From: Acidimicrobiales bacterium
GTDB taxonomy: Bacteria; Actinomycetota; Acidimicrobiia; Acidimicrobiales; WLNW01
Direction of reading: 5' to 3'
NCBI GenBank assembly: GCA_039934635.1
Contig: JBDTLT010000005.1
Location: 19,846-83,845 of the forward strand
Length of the DNA stretch: 64,000 nt
Part shown: piece by piece, positions 44,134-55,400 of the stretch
How the letters are laid out: every line of letters begins with the position of its first letter
Position numbering within the stretch: the first letter of the stretch is position 1
Notes under the pieces: generated by a model
Databases searched by the model: none
Told to the model about the DNA's origin: nothing
Seen by the model: the letters and a program-made list of their open reading frames with translations, nothing else
Position numbers and translations under genes: made by a program

Positions 44134-46470
44134 CTACGCGCTCGCCCCACCCGCGATCTCGGCCACCGTCGCCGGCGGCAGGTATTGGTCGCACACACGG
44201 GAGCCGAACGGTTGCAACGCGTCGTCGATGGCGTTCGTCAGCGTTGCGGGGGCGACGACCGCGCCGCCTTCGCCGACGCCGCGAAAACCGAACGCGCCAT
44301 CGGGATCGGTCTCGAGATGGTGGATCTCGATGTGCGGGATCTCGGCGCTCGTCGGGAGCAGATAGTCCATGAACGTGCTCGTGAGGAAGTTACCCTCGCT
44401 GTCGTAGGCGGCCCGCTCGTAGAGCACCGCGCCGATGCCTTGGGCGACTCCGCCGCACACTTGACCGTCGACGACCGCGGGGTTGATCACTCGTCCGCAG
44501 TCTTCGACCACGACGTAGCGCAGGATCTTGACTCGTCCGGTCGCGACATCGACCTCGATGGTGCAGGCGTGCGTCCCTCCCGACCATCCACTGCCGGTGA
44601 TGCCCTCGCCGGTGAATCGCTCGTGTGTCTCGAGCGGGCCGTCGGTGCCCGGCGGCAGGCTCGCCGGGTCCATCAGTGCCTTCATCGCGATCTGCGCGAG
44701 CGGAAGCCCCCTTTGCGGAACCCCCTTCGGCGTGACGACACCGTCGATGATCTCGAGATCTTCGGGGCTGATCTCGAGCATCCCCGACGCGATCGCGAGT
44801 ACGTGCTCTCGCAGCTTTCGCGTCGACACGATCGTGGCGCCCGTTGCCCACGTGGAGGCGCGACTGCCACCAGTGCCGATCACGCTGAACGGCGTCTGCC
44901 GGGTGTCGCCGTGCACCACCCTGACGTGCTCGAACGGCACACCCATCTCGTCGGCCGCCACCTGCGCGAGGGTCGTCTCGTGGCCTTGCCCGTGCGGCGC
45001 CTGGGCGGTTGTGACGACGAGGTGACCGTCGGGCTGTAGCGCGACTTTGGCCCGCTCGCCGCCGAACATGCCGCCGCCGGGGCGCATCTCGGCGGGCCCG
45101 GGCGCGGCCTCGATGAACGTGGCGAAGCCGACGCCGAGGTAACGACCTTGCGCCCGTGCCGCTTCTTGCTCTTTGCGAAACCCTGCGTAGTCGATGTATT
45201 CGAGCGCCCGATCGAGCGACTCGCGCGACGAGATGCCCTTGACCGTCAGCCCGGTGATGAGCCGGTCGTCGGGCGCGCCGAGCATCATGTTCTTGCGGCG
45301 GATCTCGGCGGCATCCACGCCGATCTCGTGGGCGACGATGTCGACCAACCGCTCGCGAACCCACGTTTCCATCTCCCACGGGCCGCGGTATGCGACATAG
45401 GCCGCTTTGTTCGTGGAGATCACCGACGACTCGAAGCGGTAGCCCTTCATGCGATAGGGACCCGGCATCAGCAGTTGCATCAACCCGACGAACATTGCAG
45501 AGACGAACGGGACATTCGGGTACGCGCCGGCGTCCATTATGAGCTTGGCCTTCATGCCGAGGAACGTGCCGTCGGCTTTCACGGCCATCTCTATCTGCAC
45601 CATCTCTTCGCGCGCCTGACCCGACGCGATGAGATGCTCGTTGCGGTCTTCGATCCATTTCACCGGACGGCCGAGCTCTCTGCTTGCGGCCGCGACACAG
45701 AAGTCCTCCCGCACGACGCTGCCCTTCAAGCCGAAGCCGCCGCCGACATCGTTGGCGAGCACGCGAAATCGTTCCATCGGATGGCCGAGGGTGTTCGCCA
45801 GCTGCAGCCGCAAGCTGTGCGGGCTCTGGGTCGACGCGTAGTACGTCAGCTCGCCCGAGGACGCGTCGTAGTCGGCGACGGAACCGCGCGTCTCCATCGG
45901 AACGGGGGCAACACGATGTTGTCGCAACGATGCAGAGACGACGCGATCGGCCTCGGCGAACGCGGCGTCGACGTCGCCCCAACTCACGGGAGCGTTCGTA
46001 ATGACGACGTTGTCGCCGAGCTCGTCGAACAGGGCCGGCTTGGTCGGATCGATCGCGTCGTCGTAGTCGGCGACGGCCGGCAGCTGGTCGTAGTCGACCG
46101 CGACGAGCTCGCATCCGTCCTCTGCTTCATAGCGCGACTCGGCGACGACCATCGCCACCACGTCGCCGACGAAGCGCACCTTGTCCGAGGTGAGCGGATA
46201 GAACTCGGGAAACTTGACGCCGAACGCCAGCGACGTCGAGACGGGGTTGCAAAACCTGCGCATGTCATCGCCGGTGAAAACGGCCACGACTCCGGGCGTC
46301 GCACGCGCCGCGCTTACGTCGATACTCTTGATGCGAGCGTGCGCGAACGGGCTACGCACGAACGCCGCGTGCAGCATCTTGGGCAGGGTGAGGTCGTCGA
46401 CGTACTTGCCCCGGCCGGTCAGGATGCGACGGTCTTCGACCCGGGGAATGCTCTCTCCGACGAATCTCAC
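44134..46470 (-). CDS. xanthine dehydrogenase family molybdopterin-binding large subunit
   Basis: Trimmed to GTG 46470 (GTGA overlap with the small-subunit stop; AAGAAGGGG upstream). N-terminus FVGESIPRVEDRRILTGRGKYVDD. The active-site-loop region reads VAYRGPWE. Confidence 0.9.
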   Translation of the reverse strand: MRFVGESIPRVEDRRILTGRGKYVDDLTLPKMLHAAFVRSPFAHARIKSIDVSAARATPGVVAVFTGDDMRRFCNPVSTSLAFGVKFPEFYPLTSDKVRFVGDVVAMVVAESRYEAEDGCELVAVDYDQLPAVADYDDAIDPTKPALFDELGDNVVITNAPVSWGDVDAAFAEADRVVSASLRQHRVAPVPMETRGSVADYDASSGELTYYASTQSPHSLRLQLANTLGHPMERFRVLANDVGGGFGLKGSVVREDFCVAAASRELGRPVKWIEDRNEHLIASGQAREEMVQIEMAVKADGTFLGMKAKLIMDAGAYPNVPFVSAMFVGLMQLLMPGPYRMKGYRFESSVISTNKAAYVAYRGPWEMETWVRERLVDIVAHEIGVDAAEIRRKNMMLGAPDDRLITGLTVKGISSRESLDRALEYIDYAGFRKEQEAARAQGRYLGVGFATFIEAAPGPAEMRPGGGMFGGERAKVALQPDGHLVVTTAQAPHGQGHETTLAQVAADEMGVPFEHVRVVHGDTRQTPFSVIGTGGSRASTWATGATIVSTRKLREHVLAIASGMLEISPEDLEIIDGVVTPKGVPQRGLPLAQIAMKALMDPASLPPGTDGPLETHERFTGEGITGSGWSGGTHACTIEVDVATGRVKILRYVVVEDCGRVINPAVVDGQVCGGVAQGIGAVLYERAAYDSEGNFLTSTFMDYLLPTSAEIPHIEIHHLETDPDGAFGFRGVGEGGAVVAPATLTNAIDDALQPFGSRVCDQYLPPATVAEIAGGASA

Positions 46471-46957
46471 GACGACGCCCCTTCTTGTCGCTTGCCGAGT
46501 CGAACCGCCGCGAGTTGTACGCCGGCGACGATCGATTGGTAGCCGGTGCAACGGCACAGGTTGCCCGAAAGCTCCTCGCGGATCTCGGGCTCGCTGAACT
46601 CATGGTCTTCTTGAAGATACGCGTACGCGGTCATCAAGAACCCCGGCGTGCAGAACCCGCATTGAAAGCTGTGACAGTCGCGCATCGCTTCTTGCAGCGG
46701 ATGCATTTTGCCGTCCTTCTCGAGCCCCTCGATCGTGAGGATGTCACAGCCGTCGGCTTGCACGGCGAAGAGGAGACACGAGCGCACCGCGTCGCCGTCG
46801 ACCATGATGGTGCACGCACCGCAGACGCCATGTTCGCAGCCCAGGTGGGTGCCGGTCAGTTGCAGATCTTCCCGCAGGAAGTCGGCGAGCGTCTTGCGCG
46901 GTTCGGCGGAACCTTCGCGCTCTCTGCCGTTCACCGTCAGCCGAACCGATTGTTTCG

Positions 46958-46961
<4 letters not shown>
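46467..46961 (-). CDS. (2Fe-2S)-binding small subunit of xanthine dehydrogenase family enzyme
   Basis: GCEHGVCGACTIMVDG and CGFCTPGF cluster motifs. 164 aa. Confidence 0.95.
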
Positions 46962-47848
<887 letters not shown>

Positions 47849-47872
47849 AGATGCCGCTCTAGCACAAAGACA

Positions 47873-48955
47873 TCACTGCGCGCGTCGGCGGTCGAGTACA
47901 CCCGTCCAAAGCCGGTCGTACGACTCCGCCATTGCCGTCGCAGTGAAGCGCTCGCCGGCCAGCGTCAAAGCATTGGCCGTCAGCCGATCCGCCAGACCGG
48001 GTTCGTCGAGGATTCGGCGTACGGCGGCAACGAGCGCGGAGAGGTCACTAGGCGGCACGAGCAGCCCGGTGACTCCGTCGATGATCGCCTCCCGGACGCT
48101 GCCGACGTCGGTTGCGACTACCGGAGTCGAGTTGAACATCGCTTCGACGATCGTCAACGGGAATGCCTCGTCCCTGGAGGGAAGTACGAACACGTCGAAT
48201 CCGGCGATGTAAGGCCGGGCGTCGGCGACCCAGCCGATGAAGTCGACCCGATCGAGCATGCCCAGCGAGGCAGTCTGCCGCTCGAGATCGCTGCGCCGGT
48301 AGCCGTCGCCCACGATGACCGCGCGGGCGTCGTCGAGCTCCGCGAGCGCGTCGAGCAACAGGTCGACATGTTTCTGGTCTTCTAGGCGAGCGGCGCAGCC
48401 GACGACAGGCCGTGCCGCGAACGCGACGGGCTCGACTGCCTCCTCGGTCACGCCGTTGTGAATCACCGTCACGGAGGACCGGCGAATGCCGAAGAAGTTG
48501 TGGAGGTCGTCAGCCGACGCGGAACCGACCGCGACGTGCGCCGCCAGCGGGAGAGCGGTCGCATGCTTGAGCAACGCACCGCGTCGCCGCTGGGCGGGCA
48601 AGACCAGCTGCTCGACAGCGATGGTCGGTAGGCGCAGCGAGTACCCGGCGAGAAGGGCCGGACGCGCCGTGAATGGGTTGCACAGCGTGACCTGGAGCAA
48701 ATCCAGCTGCAGTTCGCGGAACGCCCGCCTGTGATCGAGGATCCCCTTTGCCAGCGAGACACGCGACGAGATCAGATGGGTGAGGACGTCAGGCATGGCC
48801 GACGCGCACTCCGACAAAAGACCCTCGGACGGGCTACACACGACGAGTTCGGCGGCGCCTCTATACGCCTTGACGACGTTGAGCAGCGAACGCTCGGCTC
48901 CACCGACGAACGCACTGTCGCTGTAGAGGCCGACCCGTACCGGAGCAGCTCGCAT
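47873..48955 (-). CDS. glycosyltransferase family 4 (GT-B, GT1-clan)
   Basis: Track ORF 47873..49414 trimmed to ATG 48955 (MRAAPVRVGLYSDSAFVGGAERSLL). E-x7-E region SRDEAFPLTIVEAM. Confidence 0.85.
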   Translation of the reverse strand: MRAAPVRVGLYSDSAFVGGAERSLLNVVKAYRGAAELVVCSPSEGLLSECASAMPDVLTHLISSRVSLAKGILDHRRAFRELQLDLLQVTLCNPFTARPALLAGYSLRLPTIAVEQLVLPAQRRRGALLKHATALPLAAHVAVGSASADDLHNFFGIRRSSVTVIHNGVTEEAVEPVAFAARPVVGCAARLEDQKHVDLLLDALAELDDARAVIVGDGYRRSDLERQTASLGMLDRVDFIGWVADARPYIAGFDVFVLPSRDEAFPLTIVEAMFNSTPVVATDVGSVREAIIDGVTGLLVPPSDLSALVAAVRRILDEPGLADRLTANALTLAGERFTATAMAESYDRLWTGVLDRRRAQ

Positions 48956-49078
48956 CAAGTCATCCCGTCCCGGGCTTCGTACGTTCGCCTCGCAACGTCT
49001 GCCTCGTTCATGTTGTTCGGTGCACCTTTGACCCGACGTTAGGCGAGTCGCCACAATTTTGGCCTCCGCGGGGTACAG

Positions 49079-50389
49079 TTGGGTTTTGGCGGGGCGTGGT
49101 CGAGCACGACGTGGAGTTATTGGACGTTGACGAAAATCAACGAGAGTTCGCCACGGGGTCCGCGGATCCTGTTCGTGACCGACCGTTATCCGTCCAACGA
49201 CAACGGCCATGGCATTCGTACCGCGAACATCATCGATGGTCTCGTACAGGTGGGTTCGGTTCACGTCTGCCTCATCGACTCGAGCGTCGACGGTGTCCAT
49301 CCGCCATCCCACCCCCGGTTCACTTCGACCGTCATCCGAGCGCATGAGTGGCCGCGCTGGATCAAGCCGGCTTGGGCCCTCAGCCGAAGGCCCGCGGGGC
49401 TTCGGTACCGTCACGTGAGAGCGCTACGCGAGCAAGTCATAGCGCTCAACGCTTCACAAGCACCCTGGGATCTGATCTGGTGCAGCCGAGCGCGAGTCCA
49501 CACGCTTACCCAATCGCTCATCTACGGCCCCCGCATCGTCGATTTCGATGACCTCAACGATCGCTTGTTGCGAAGCGTGATGCGGGATCGGCGCGACCGC
49601 TTCGGCCGCCTAAGGGCGGGCCCCCGCAACGTCATCGACGGGCTCGGCGCTCGCGCCTGGCGTTTGTTTCAACAGCGCATCGCAACCGAGGCCGAGCGGG
49701 TCGTCGTCTGCAGCGCACAGGATCGCGATTACCTGGCAGTGTCCAACGCGACCGTTGTTCCGAATGGCTATCCACTTCCTCGTTCGTCGTCGGCCGTGTC
49801 CGCCGAACTCGTCAATCCCCGCACCCGCCCCGGCGGACCCCCTTCACTTCTGTTCGTCGGCGCGCTCACCTACGAGCCGAACCGACTCGCCGTCAAATGG
49901 ATCATCGATGAGGTACTGCCGCGCATCCGTCCTCAGGTTCCGGACATCTCGTTCATCGTGGTCGGCAACCACGAGGGGGTTTCGTTTCCTGGCATGCACG
50001 CGAGCGGCGTGTCGTACCAAGGGCGAGTCGACGATGTAGCTCCGTATTACAAACAGGCAACCGTGGCAGTGACACCGATCCATTCCGGCGGAGGGACGCG
50101 GCTGAAGGTGATCGAAGCGTTCGCTCATCGTGTTCCTCTTGTGTCGACGTCGTTCGGCTTCGAAGGCCTCGATGTCCGGCCCGGTCGGGATCTCCTGGTG
50201 GCCGACGATCCCGCGATGTTCGCTTCGTCTTGCGTCGCCGTCATCAAGGACGACGACTATCGGCGCCGCCTCGTCGAGTCGGCGTTCGAGCGGTATCACG
50301 CTCGGCTGACGGCATCGGCTACGAGCGACGCGGTGCGCAAGCTCGCGGCCGACATACTGACGATGGACCATCAGCTGTCGCGGGTGTAG
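49079..50389 (+). CDS. glycosyltransferase family 4 (GT-B)
   Basis: PRILFVTDRYPSNDNGHGIRTANIIDGL and GGGTRLKVIEAFAHRVPLVST. The true start is probably later than 49079 (for example TTG 49127). Confidence 0.8.
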   Translation: MGFGGAWSSTTWSYWTLTKINESSPRGPRILFVTDRYPSNDNGHGIRTANIIDGLVQVGSVHVCLIDSSVDGVHPPSHPRFTSTVIRAHEWPRWIKPAWALSRRPAGLRYRHVRALREQVIALNASQAPWDLIWCSRARVHTLTQSLIYGPRIVDFDDLNDRLLRSVMRDRRDRFGRLRAGPRNVIDGLGARAWRLFQQRIATEAERVVVCSAQDRDYLAVSNATVVPNGYPLPRSSSAVSAELVNPRTRPGGPPSLLFVGALTYEPNRLAVKWIIDEVLPRIRPQVPDISFIVVGNHEGVSFPGMHASGVSYQGRVDDVAPYYKQATVAVTPIHSGGGTRLKVIEAFAHRVPLVSTSFGFEGLDVRPGRDLLVADDPAMFASSCVAVIKDDDYRRRLVESAFERYHARLTASATSDAVRKLAADILTMDHQLSRV

Positions 50390-50394
50390 CCAAA

Positions 50395-51246
50395 ATGCAA
50401 CGGACGACCACGGACGACAATGCGTGGGTCGAAAACGCGGCGCCGACCAGTCGCTGGCCCAGGCTGAAGCTGGCCCAGCTCTGGACGCATCACGAGCTGA
50501 TCTATTTCTTCGCCCTTCGAGACGTCAAAGTCCGCTACAAGCAGGCGTTTCTCGGAGCGGCGTGGGCGGTGTTACAGCCGCTCATCGGCGCGCTCGCCTT
50601 CACGGTGCTGTTCAACCGATTGGTGGACGTCGAAGTAGACGGCGATTCGTACTTCGCGTTTGCGCTCGTCGGCTTCGTCGCGTGGACGTACTTCTCGAGT
50701 GGGCTCAGCAGCGGCACCTTCAGCCTCCTCTCGAACGCCGAGCTTCTCACCAAGGTTTCTTTGCCCCGCATCGCCCTCCCTTTCGCCGCCCTACTACCGC
50801 CGCTCGTGGACCTCACGGTGGGTGCGGTGGTGGCAATCATCGTCACGCTGTTCTGGGGCGGCGGACTGTCGGTCGTCGGTTTCGTCGTCGGCGTGCCGCT
50901 CGGAGTGGTGCTGCTCCTCGTGACAACGATGGGTCCCGTTTTCATCTTCAGTGCATTGATCGTGAAGTATCGCGATGCTGCCGTCTTCGTCAGCTTCGGG
51001 CTGCAACTGTTCTTGTTCGTCAGCCCCGTGGGCTACCCGCCGGAGCTGGCACCGGAGCCGTGGCGCACACTGCAGTACTTCAACCCCGTTGCCGGCTGCT
51101 TTGCCCTGTTGCGTTGGGGCCTGGCCGGCACCGCGGCGCCTCACCTCGGCAATGTCGCCATCTCCGCGGCAACGGCCACGGTCGTACTGATCGCGGGCGC
51201 GTATTACTTCCGGGCGAACGAGCGACAGTTCGTGGACATCATCTGA
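50395..51246 (+). CDS. wzm: ABC-2 type polysaccharide export permease (Wzm-like)
   Basis: Trimmed to ATG 50395. HHELIYFFALRDVKVRYKQAFLGAAWAVLQPL is the classic Wzm/TagG/KpsM N-terminal signature. Six hydrophobic segments. Confidence 0.9.
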   Translation: MQRTTTDDNAWVENAAPTSRWPRLKLAQLWTHHELIYFFALRDVKVRYKQAFLGAAWAVLQPLIGALAFTVLFNRLVDVEVDGDSYFAFALVGFVAWTYFSSGLSSGTFSLLSNAELLTKVSLPRIALPFAALLPPLVDLTVGAVVAIIVTLFWGGGLSVVGFVVGVPLGVVLLLVTTMGPVFIFSALIVKYRDAAVFVSFGLQLFLFVSPVGYPPELAPEPWRTLQYFNPVAGCFALLRWGLAGTAAPHLGNVAISAATATVVLIAGAYYFRANERQFVDII

Positions 51247-52478
51247 TGGGCACGCCGGTCATCGAGCTCGACGGCGTCAGCAAACGCTACCGGCTCGGCG
51301 AACACCACGGTTCGGGCACCGACCTGCGCGAGACGATTGCTCGCATGGCCGGGCGCCTGCGAGGCCGACCGCGTGCAGCGCCCCGCGAGTTCTGGTCACT
51401 TCGCGACATCTCTTTCACTGTTGGCGAAGGAGAGGCGATCGGCATCATCGGTGCGAACGGAGCCGGCAAGAGCACACTTTTGAAGATCGTCAGCAACATC
51501 ACCACTCCAACGAAGGGCCGGTGTCGCACCCGCGGTCGCATCGGCTCGCTGCTGGAGGTCGGCACCGGCTTCCACGGAGAGCTGACCGGGCTCGAAAACA
51601 CGTATCTGAATGGCGCCATCCTGGGCATGACGCGGCGCGACGTCACACGCCGCCTCGACGAGATCATCGAGTTCGCCGGGCTCGCCGAGTTCATCGACAC
51701 GCCCGTGAAGCGCTACTCGTCCGGGATGTATCTGCGCCTCGGCTTCTCGATCGCCGCCCACCTCGAAGCCGACATCCTCGTCGTCGACGAGGTGCTCGCA
51801 GTCGGTGACGCCGAGTTTCAACGCCGGTGCCTCGGCAAGATGAGTGAAGTCGAACAAAGCGGTCGGACCGTACTCTTCGTCAGCCACAACATGGACGCGA
51901 TGGCCCGCTTGTGCCCGAACGTCATCTGGCTCGACAAGGGCTCGATGCGCGCCAGCGGGCCAGCGGTGGACGTCATCGCCGAGTACACCCGTACGTCTGC
52001 CGGACCGGCGAGCATGTTCTCTTTCGAGCTCGATCCGTCAGCGGCGGCCCAGATCACCGCAGTCGCACTCGTCGATGCGCACGGGCAACCGCAGGCCGTC
52101 CTGAACACCTGGTCCGAAGCCTGGATCCAGATCGACGTGGTGGTCAACGACCCCGTTCCCGGCCTCGACGCATCCGGAATTGTGAGGACGAAGGGCGGCG
52201 TGGGCCTGCTCCACGAAGGGTTGAGCGACTCCGGCCAGGCGGGACTCTTCGCGCGCGGTCGACATCGCTGGCGGTGTCCGGTGCCGCCGCACTTCACACC
52301 GGGCGAGTACGTCGTCGGCGTATGGCTCGGCACGGCCTTCGAGACTCTCCAGTTCGACGACAACGTCCTGACCTTTTCGATCGATGGGGATGACGGTGGT
52401 CGACCGGAGCGCCTCTTAAGGTTCGGCAACTGCTGGGATCTCGAGCGTCTCGACGCCGATTCGGGCGACGACGATTGA
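51246..52478 (+). CDS. wzt: polysaccharide export ABC ATP-binding protein (Wzt-like) with about 160-aa C-terminal extension
   Basis: Track ORF 50424..52478 trimmed to ATG 51246 (its A is the last base of the wzm TGA). Walker A GANGAGKSTL, signature YSSGMYLRLGF, Walker B ILVVDEVLAVGD. A non-ABC tail follows about residue 250. Confidence 0.9.
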   Translation: MGTPVIELDGVSKRYRLGEHHGSGTDLRETIARMAGRLRGRPRAAPREFWSLRDISFTVGEGEAIGIIGANGAGKSTLLKIVSNITTPTKGRCRTRGRIGSLLEVGTGFHGELTGLENTYLNGAILGMTRRDVTRRLDEIIEFAGLAEFIDTPVKRYSSGMYLRLGFSIAAHLEADILVVDEVLAVGDAEFQRRCLGKMSEVEQSGRTVLFVSHNMDAMARLCPNVIWLDKGSMRASGPAVDVIAEYTRTSAGPASMFSFELDPSAAAQITAVALVDAHGQPQAVLNTWSEAWIQIDVVVNDPVPGLDASGIVRTKGGVGLLHEGLSDSGQAGLFARGRHRWRCPVPPHFTPGEYVVGVWLGTAFETLQFDDNVLTFSIDGDDGGRPERLLRFGNCWDLERLDADSGDDD

Positions 52479-52481
52479 CCT

Positions 52482-55400
52482 TCACCCACCACGCATACGA
52501 CGGGCGGTCGACCGCACGTGGCGCAGGCCGATTCGCAGAGCGCTGCGCGGAGTGCTCGAGCCGAGCTTGCCGATGAACGCCGCCAGGTCGTCGCTCCCGG
52601 CCACCTCGATCCTCGGTATCGCCATCGGGTCGTCCCACACGGTGGCGAAACCCGACGAGGTTTCAAGACCGATCCGATAGCCCGCAGCGCGCATCGCCTG
52701 ACGAGTGACCTCGTCTACATCGCCGAAAGGGTATGCGAGCGACGTGATCGAGCGACCGATCTCACGGCCGAAGGTCTGCCGGGCCGCTCGTTCGTCGGCG
52801 AGAGCCTCTCGGGGTGCCATCGTGGTGAGTGCCCGATGGCTCCTGGTGTGCGAGCCGAACTCGATGCCATTCTCTTGAAGACGGCGGATAGTGGGCCAGT
52901 CGAGTAGCGCCATGGGTTCACCGAGGTCGCTGTCCCAATCCGACGACTTTCCCACGAGTTCGGAAACGAGGAAAACGGTCGCAGGGAACTTGTATGCCTC
53001 TAACAAAGGCCACGCGTTGGTGTAAAAGTCTTCGTAGCCATCATCGAACGTCAGCATCACGGCTCGTCCGTTCGGGGCCCGCCGCGTGGCCAAATGATGC
53101 GCCCATTGCTCGAGGGTTATGCCGTAGTACGCATTCTGTCGGAGATACTGGAGTTGTTCCTCCAAACGGTCGGGATGTATTCGGTAACGCTCGAGGGCCG
53201 GAGCGCCGGAGACCGCAACACTGTGATACATGAGGATCGGTAGCCGATCGGTAACTTCGTGCCGCCATACCTGGTCGCGATCGGCATGCATGCCACCCCA
53301 AACCACCATTCGCGAAACTTGCGGCTCAAGTGGTTGCGCGTAGGGGATGTACGCAACCTGGGGTGCTTCGCCAGGGCCACTCTCTGGGTCCGTTCGTTCA
53401 AAGAGTTGGATGCGGTAGAGGTCACTGCGGAGTTCACGACAGAAGCGCAGACCACTCGTGCCCGCGAAGATCTCCCCGAGTCCCTTTGCGCCATACGGGT
53501 GGCCCCAGTCAAACCCCGTGTCGGTGGTTTGGTCGGTCAACACTTGCGCATGAGCCATCACGAGGACGCCGTCTGGGCGAAGCGCGTCGCGGATACGACC
53601 GGCGAGATCACTGACCTCCTGCGGCTCGAGGTAGTACAGCACCTCGCTACACATGATGAGGTCGAGGTCCTGGGGAAGTGCACCGTTGCGAAGGTCGAGT
53701 TGCTGGTACTCGACGTTTGTGTGGTCAACACAGCGGAGCGCAGCGCGCTCGAGCGCGGTGGCCGAGATGTCGGCAGCGACCAGGTGACCGACATGCGGAG
53801 CCAGTCGCATCGTGAAGTGGCCTTCCGCGCAAGCCAGCTCGAGCGCTCGGTCGATCCGCATACCCTCGATGAGACTCAAGGTCTGGGTGTATTTCAATTG
53901 CTCATAGTTGTTGGTGTAGCCCCACGGATCGGGAACGTCGAAAATCGATTCCCAGAACGCTTGGTCTCCCGAAACGGGGGCGTTGTCGCCGACGATCGCC
54001 GCGTCACCACCACCGACCGACAGCGGCGCAATGCGGGAACCGCTCGCCGCGGCTCGGGCAAAGCGCTTGATCATCTCCCGGCCGCCCGCGCCACGGCGTG
54101 CGGGAAGATCGAGGAGCAAATTGACCGCGTCTCGTGCGACTCGGGAGTTGACCGTTAGCGCCAGCCGGCGGAGGTCCCCGGGTTGTTTCAGCGCTCGGCG
54201 GACTAGCTGTGTTGCAAGTTGTCGTCGAATTGCGTCGACGATTTCCTGACCCGTCACGGTTGAGTCCAACACGGCGACGGTCGCGAAGCCAATCACGTCC
54301 GACCCCCGCGCGACTCGCAAGACCAGCTGTTCGACGCCGTCGGGGACGTTAATCGTCCGAGGTGGCTCGGCGATATCGACGAGTTGCGTCAACGTATGGC
54401 CGATGCGGACAGCCGCGGGTTCTTCGATGGTCGTGGCCACGAGTCGCTGGAGCCGCCGACGGACGCTCCGAGCCGCTCGAGGAGCGTTTCGCAGCTCGAA
54501 GAAGGCCTCAATGGCGGCTTCGATCTCTGATTCGACGGACGGCCATAAGGATGGCCACTCGGCGACTACGCGCCCGCGCCCCAGTGGGACCGTGCTGAAG
54601 AGTTCGTAAGCAAGTTCGTTCGGCCCGAACTCCGGACACGGGCTTAATTCAGGGCTGCCGAGCAGCTTCGCCACGCTATCGAAAGGGCCACCGGCGGCCA
54701 GCGCAAAAGTCCACATCACGCAGTCGCAGATCGCCGCAGCAAGTCCGCTCGATGGAGCTCCGTGGGTCCACTCCGAGAGTGGATTTCTTACACGCTCGTC
54801 GGTTGAGTGTCCCCGACGGACGACGCGCGCCATATCGCTGATCTCGCGAGCGAAATCGCGTCGAGATGCAGAATTGACTCGCAGCACATAAATAGCCTGG
54901 ACATCGGGGATAACACCGAGGCGGATGCCGGTCCGCGCGAGTCGTTGCCAAAGATCCCAGTCCTCACCGACGACGAGATCTTCGTCGAATCCGCCCACAT
55001 GAATCACCAGTCCGCGGCGCACGATGCAGGCGTGGATCGCGAATGGACAGGTGCGCGCGGTAACCGAGAACAGATTCGCGAGTTCGGCCGGAGCAGGGTA
55101 GGGCATCGGCTGCACGACCCCCGTCGACGATTCGTACGCCCACCCACAGCGCACGCCGTCAAATCTCGATCCACTCAGTTTGGTGAGCGCATGTTCGAAG
55201 TAGCGTGACTCGACGCGATCGTCGGCGTCAAGGAAGAGCACCCACACGAAGCGCGCCGCACGAAGCCCGCGATTTCGGGCCGCGCTCACGCCGTGTGGCG
55301 CCTGCCTGATGAGCTGCACACGGGAGTCGCTCGCAGCCCACTTCTCCACGACGCGAGTCGTGTCGTCGGTGGAGCCGTCGTCGACAACGATGATCTCCCA

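Noticed and set aside
44134-46470. Calling the molybdopterin subunit a carbon-monoxide dehydrogenase (CoxL).
   Set aside because: The active-site-loop region reads VAYRGPWE rather than the CO-dehydrogenase signatures I remember (AYxCSFR or AYRGAGR). Only the generic xanthine-dehydrogenase-family call is justified.
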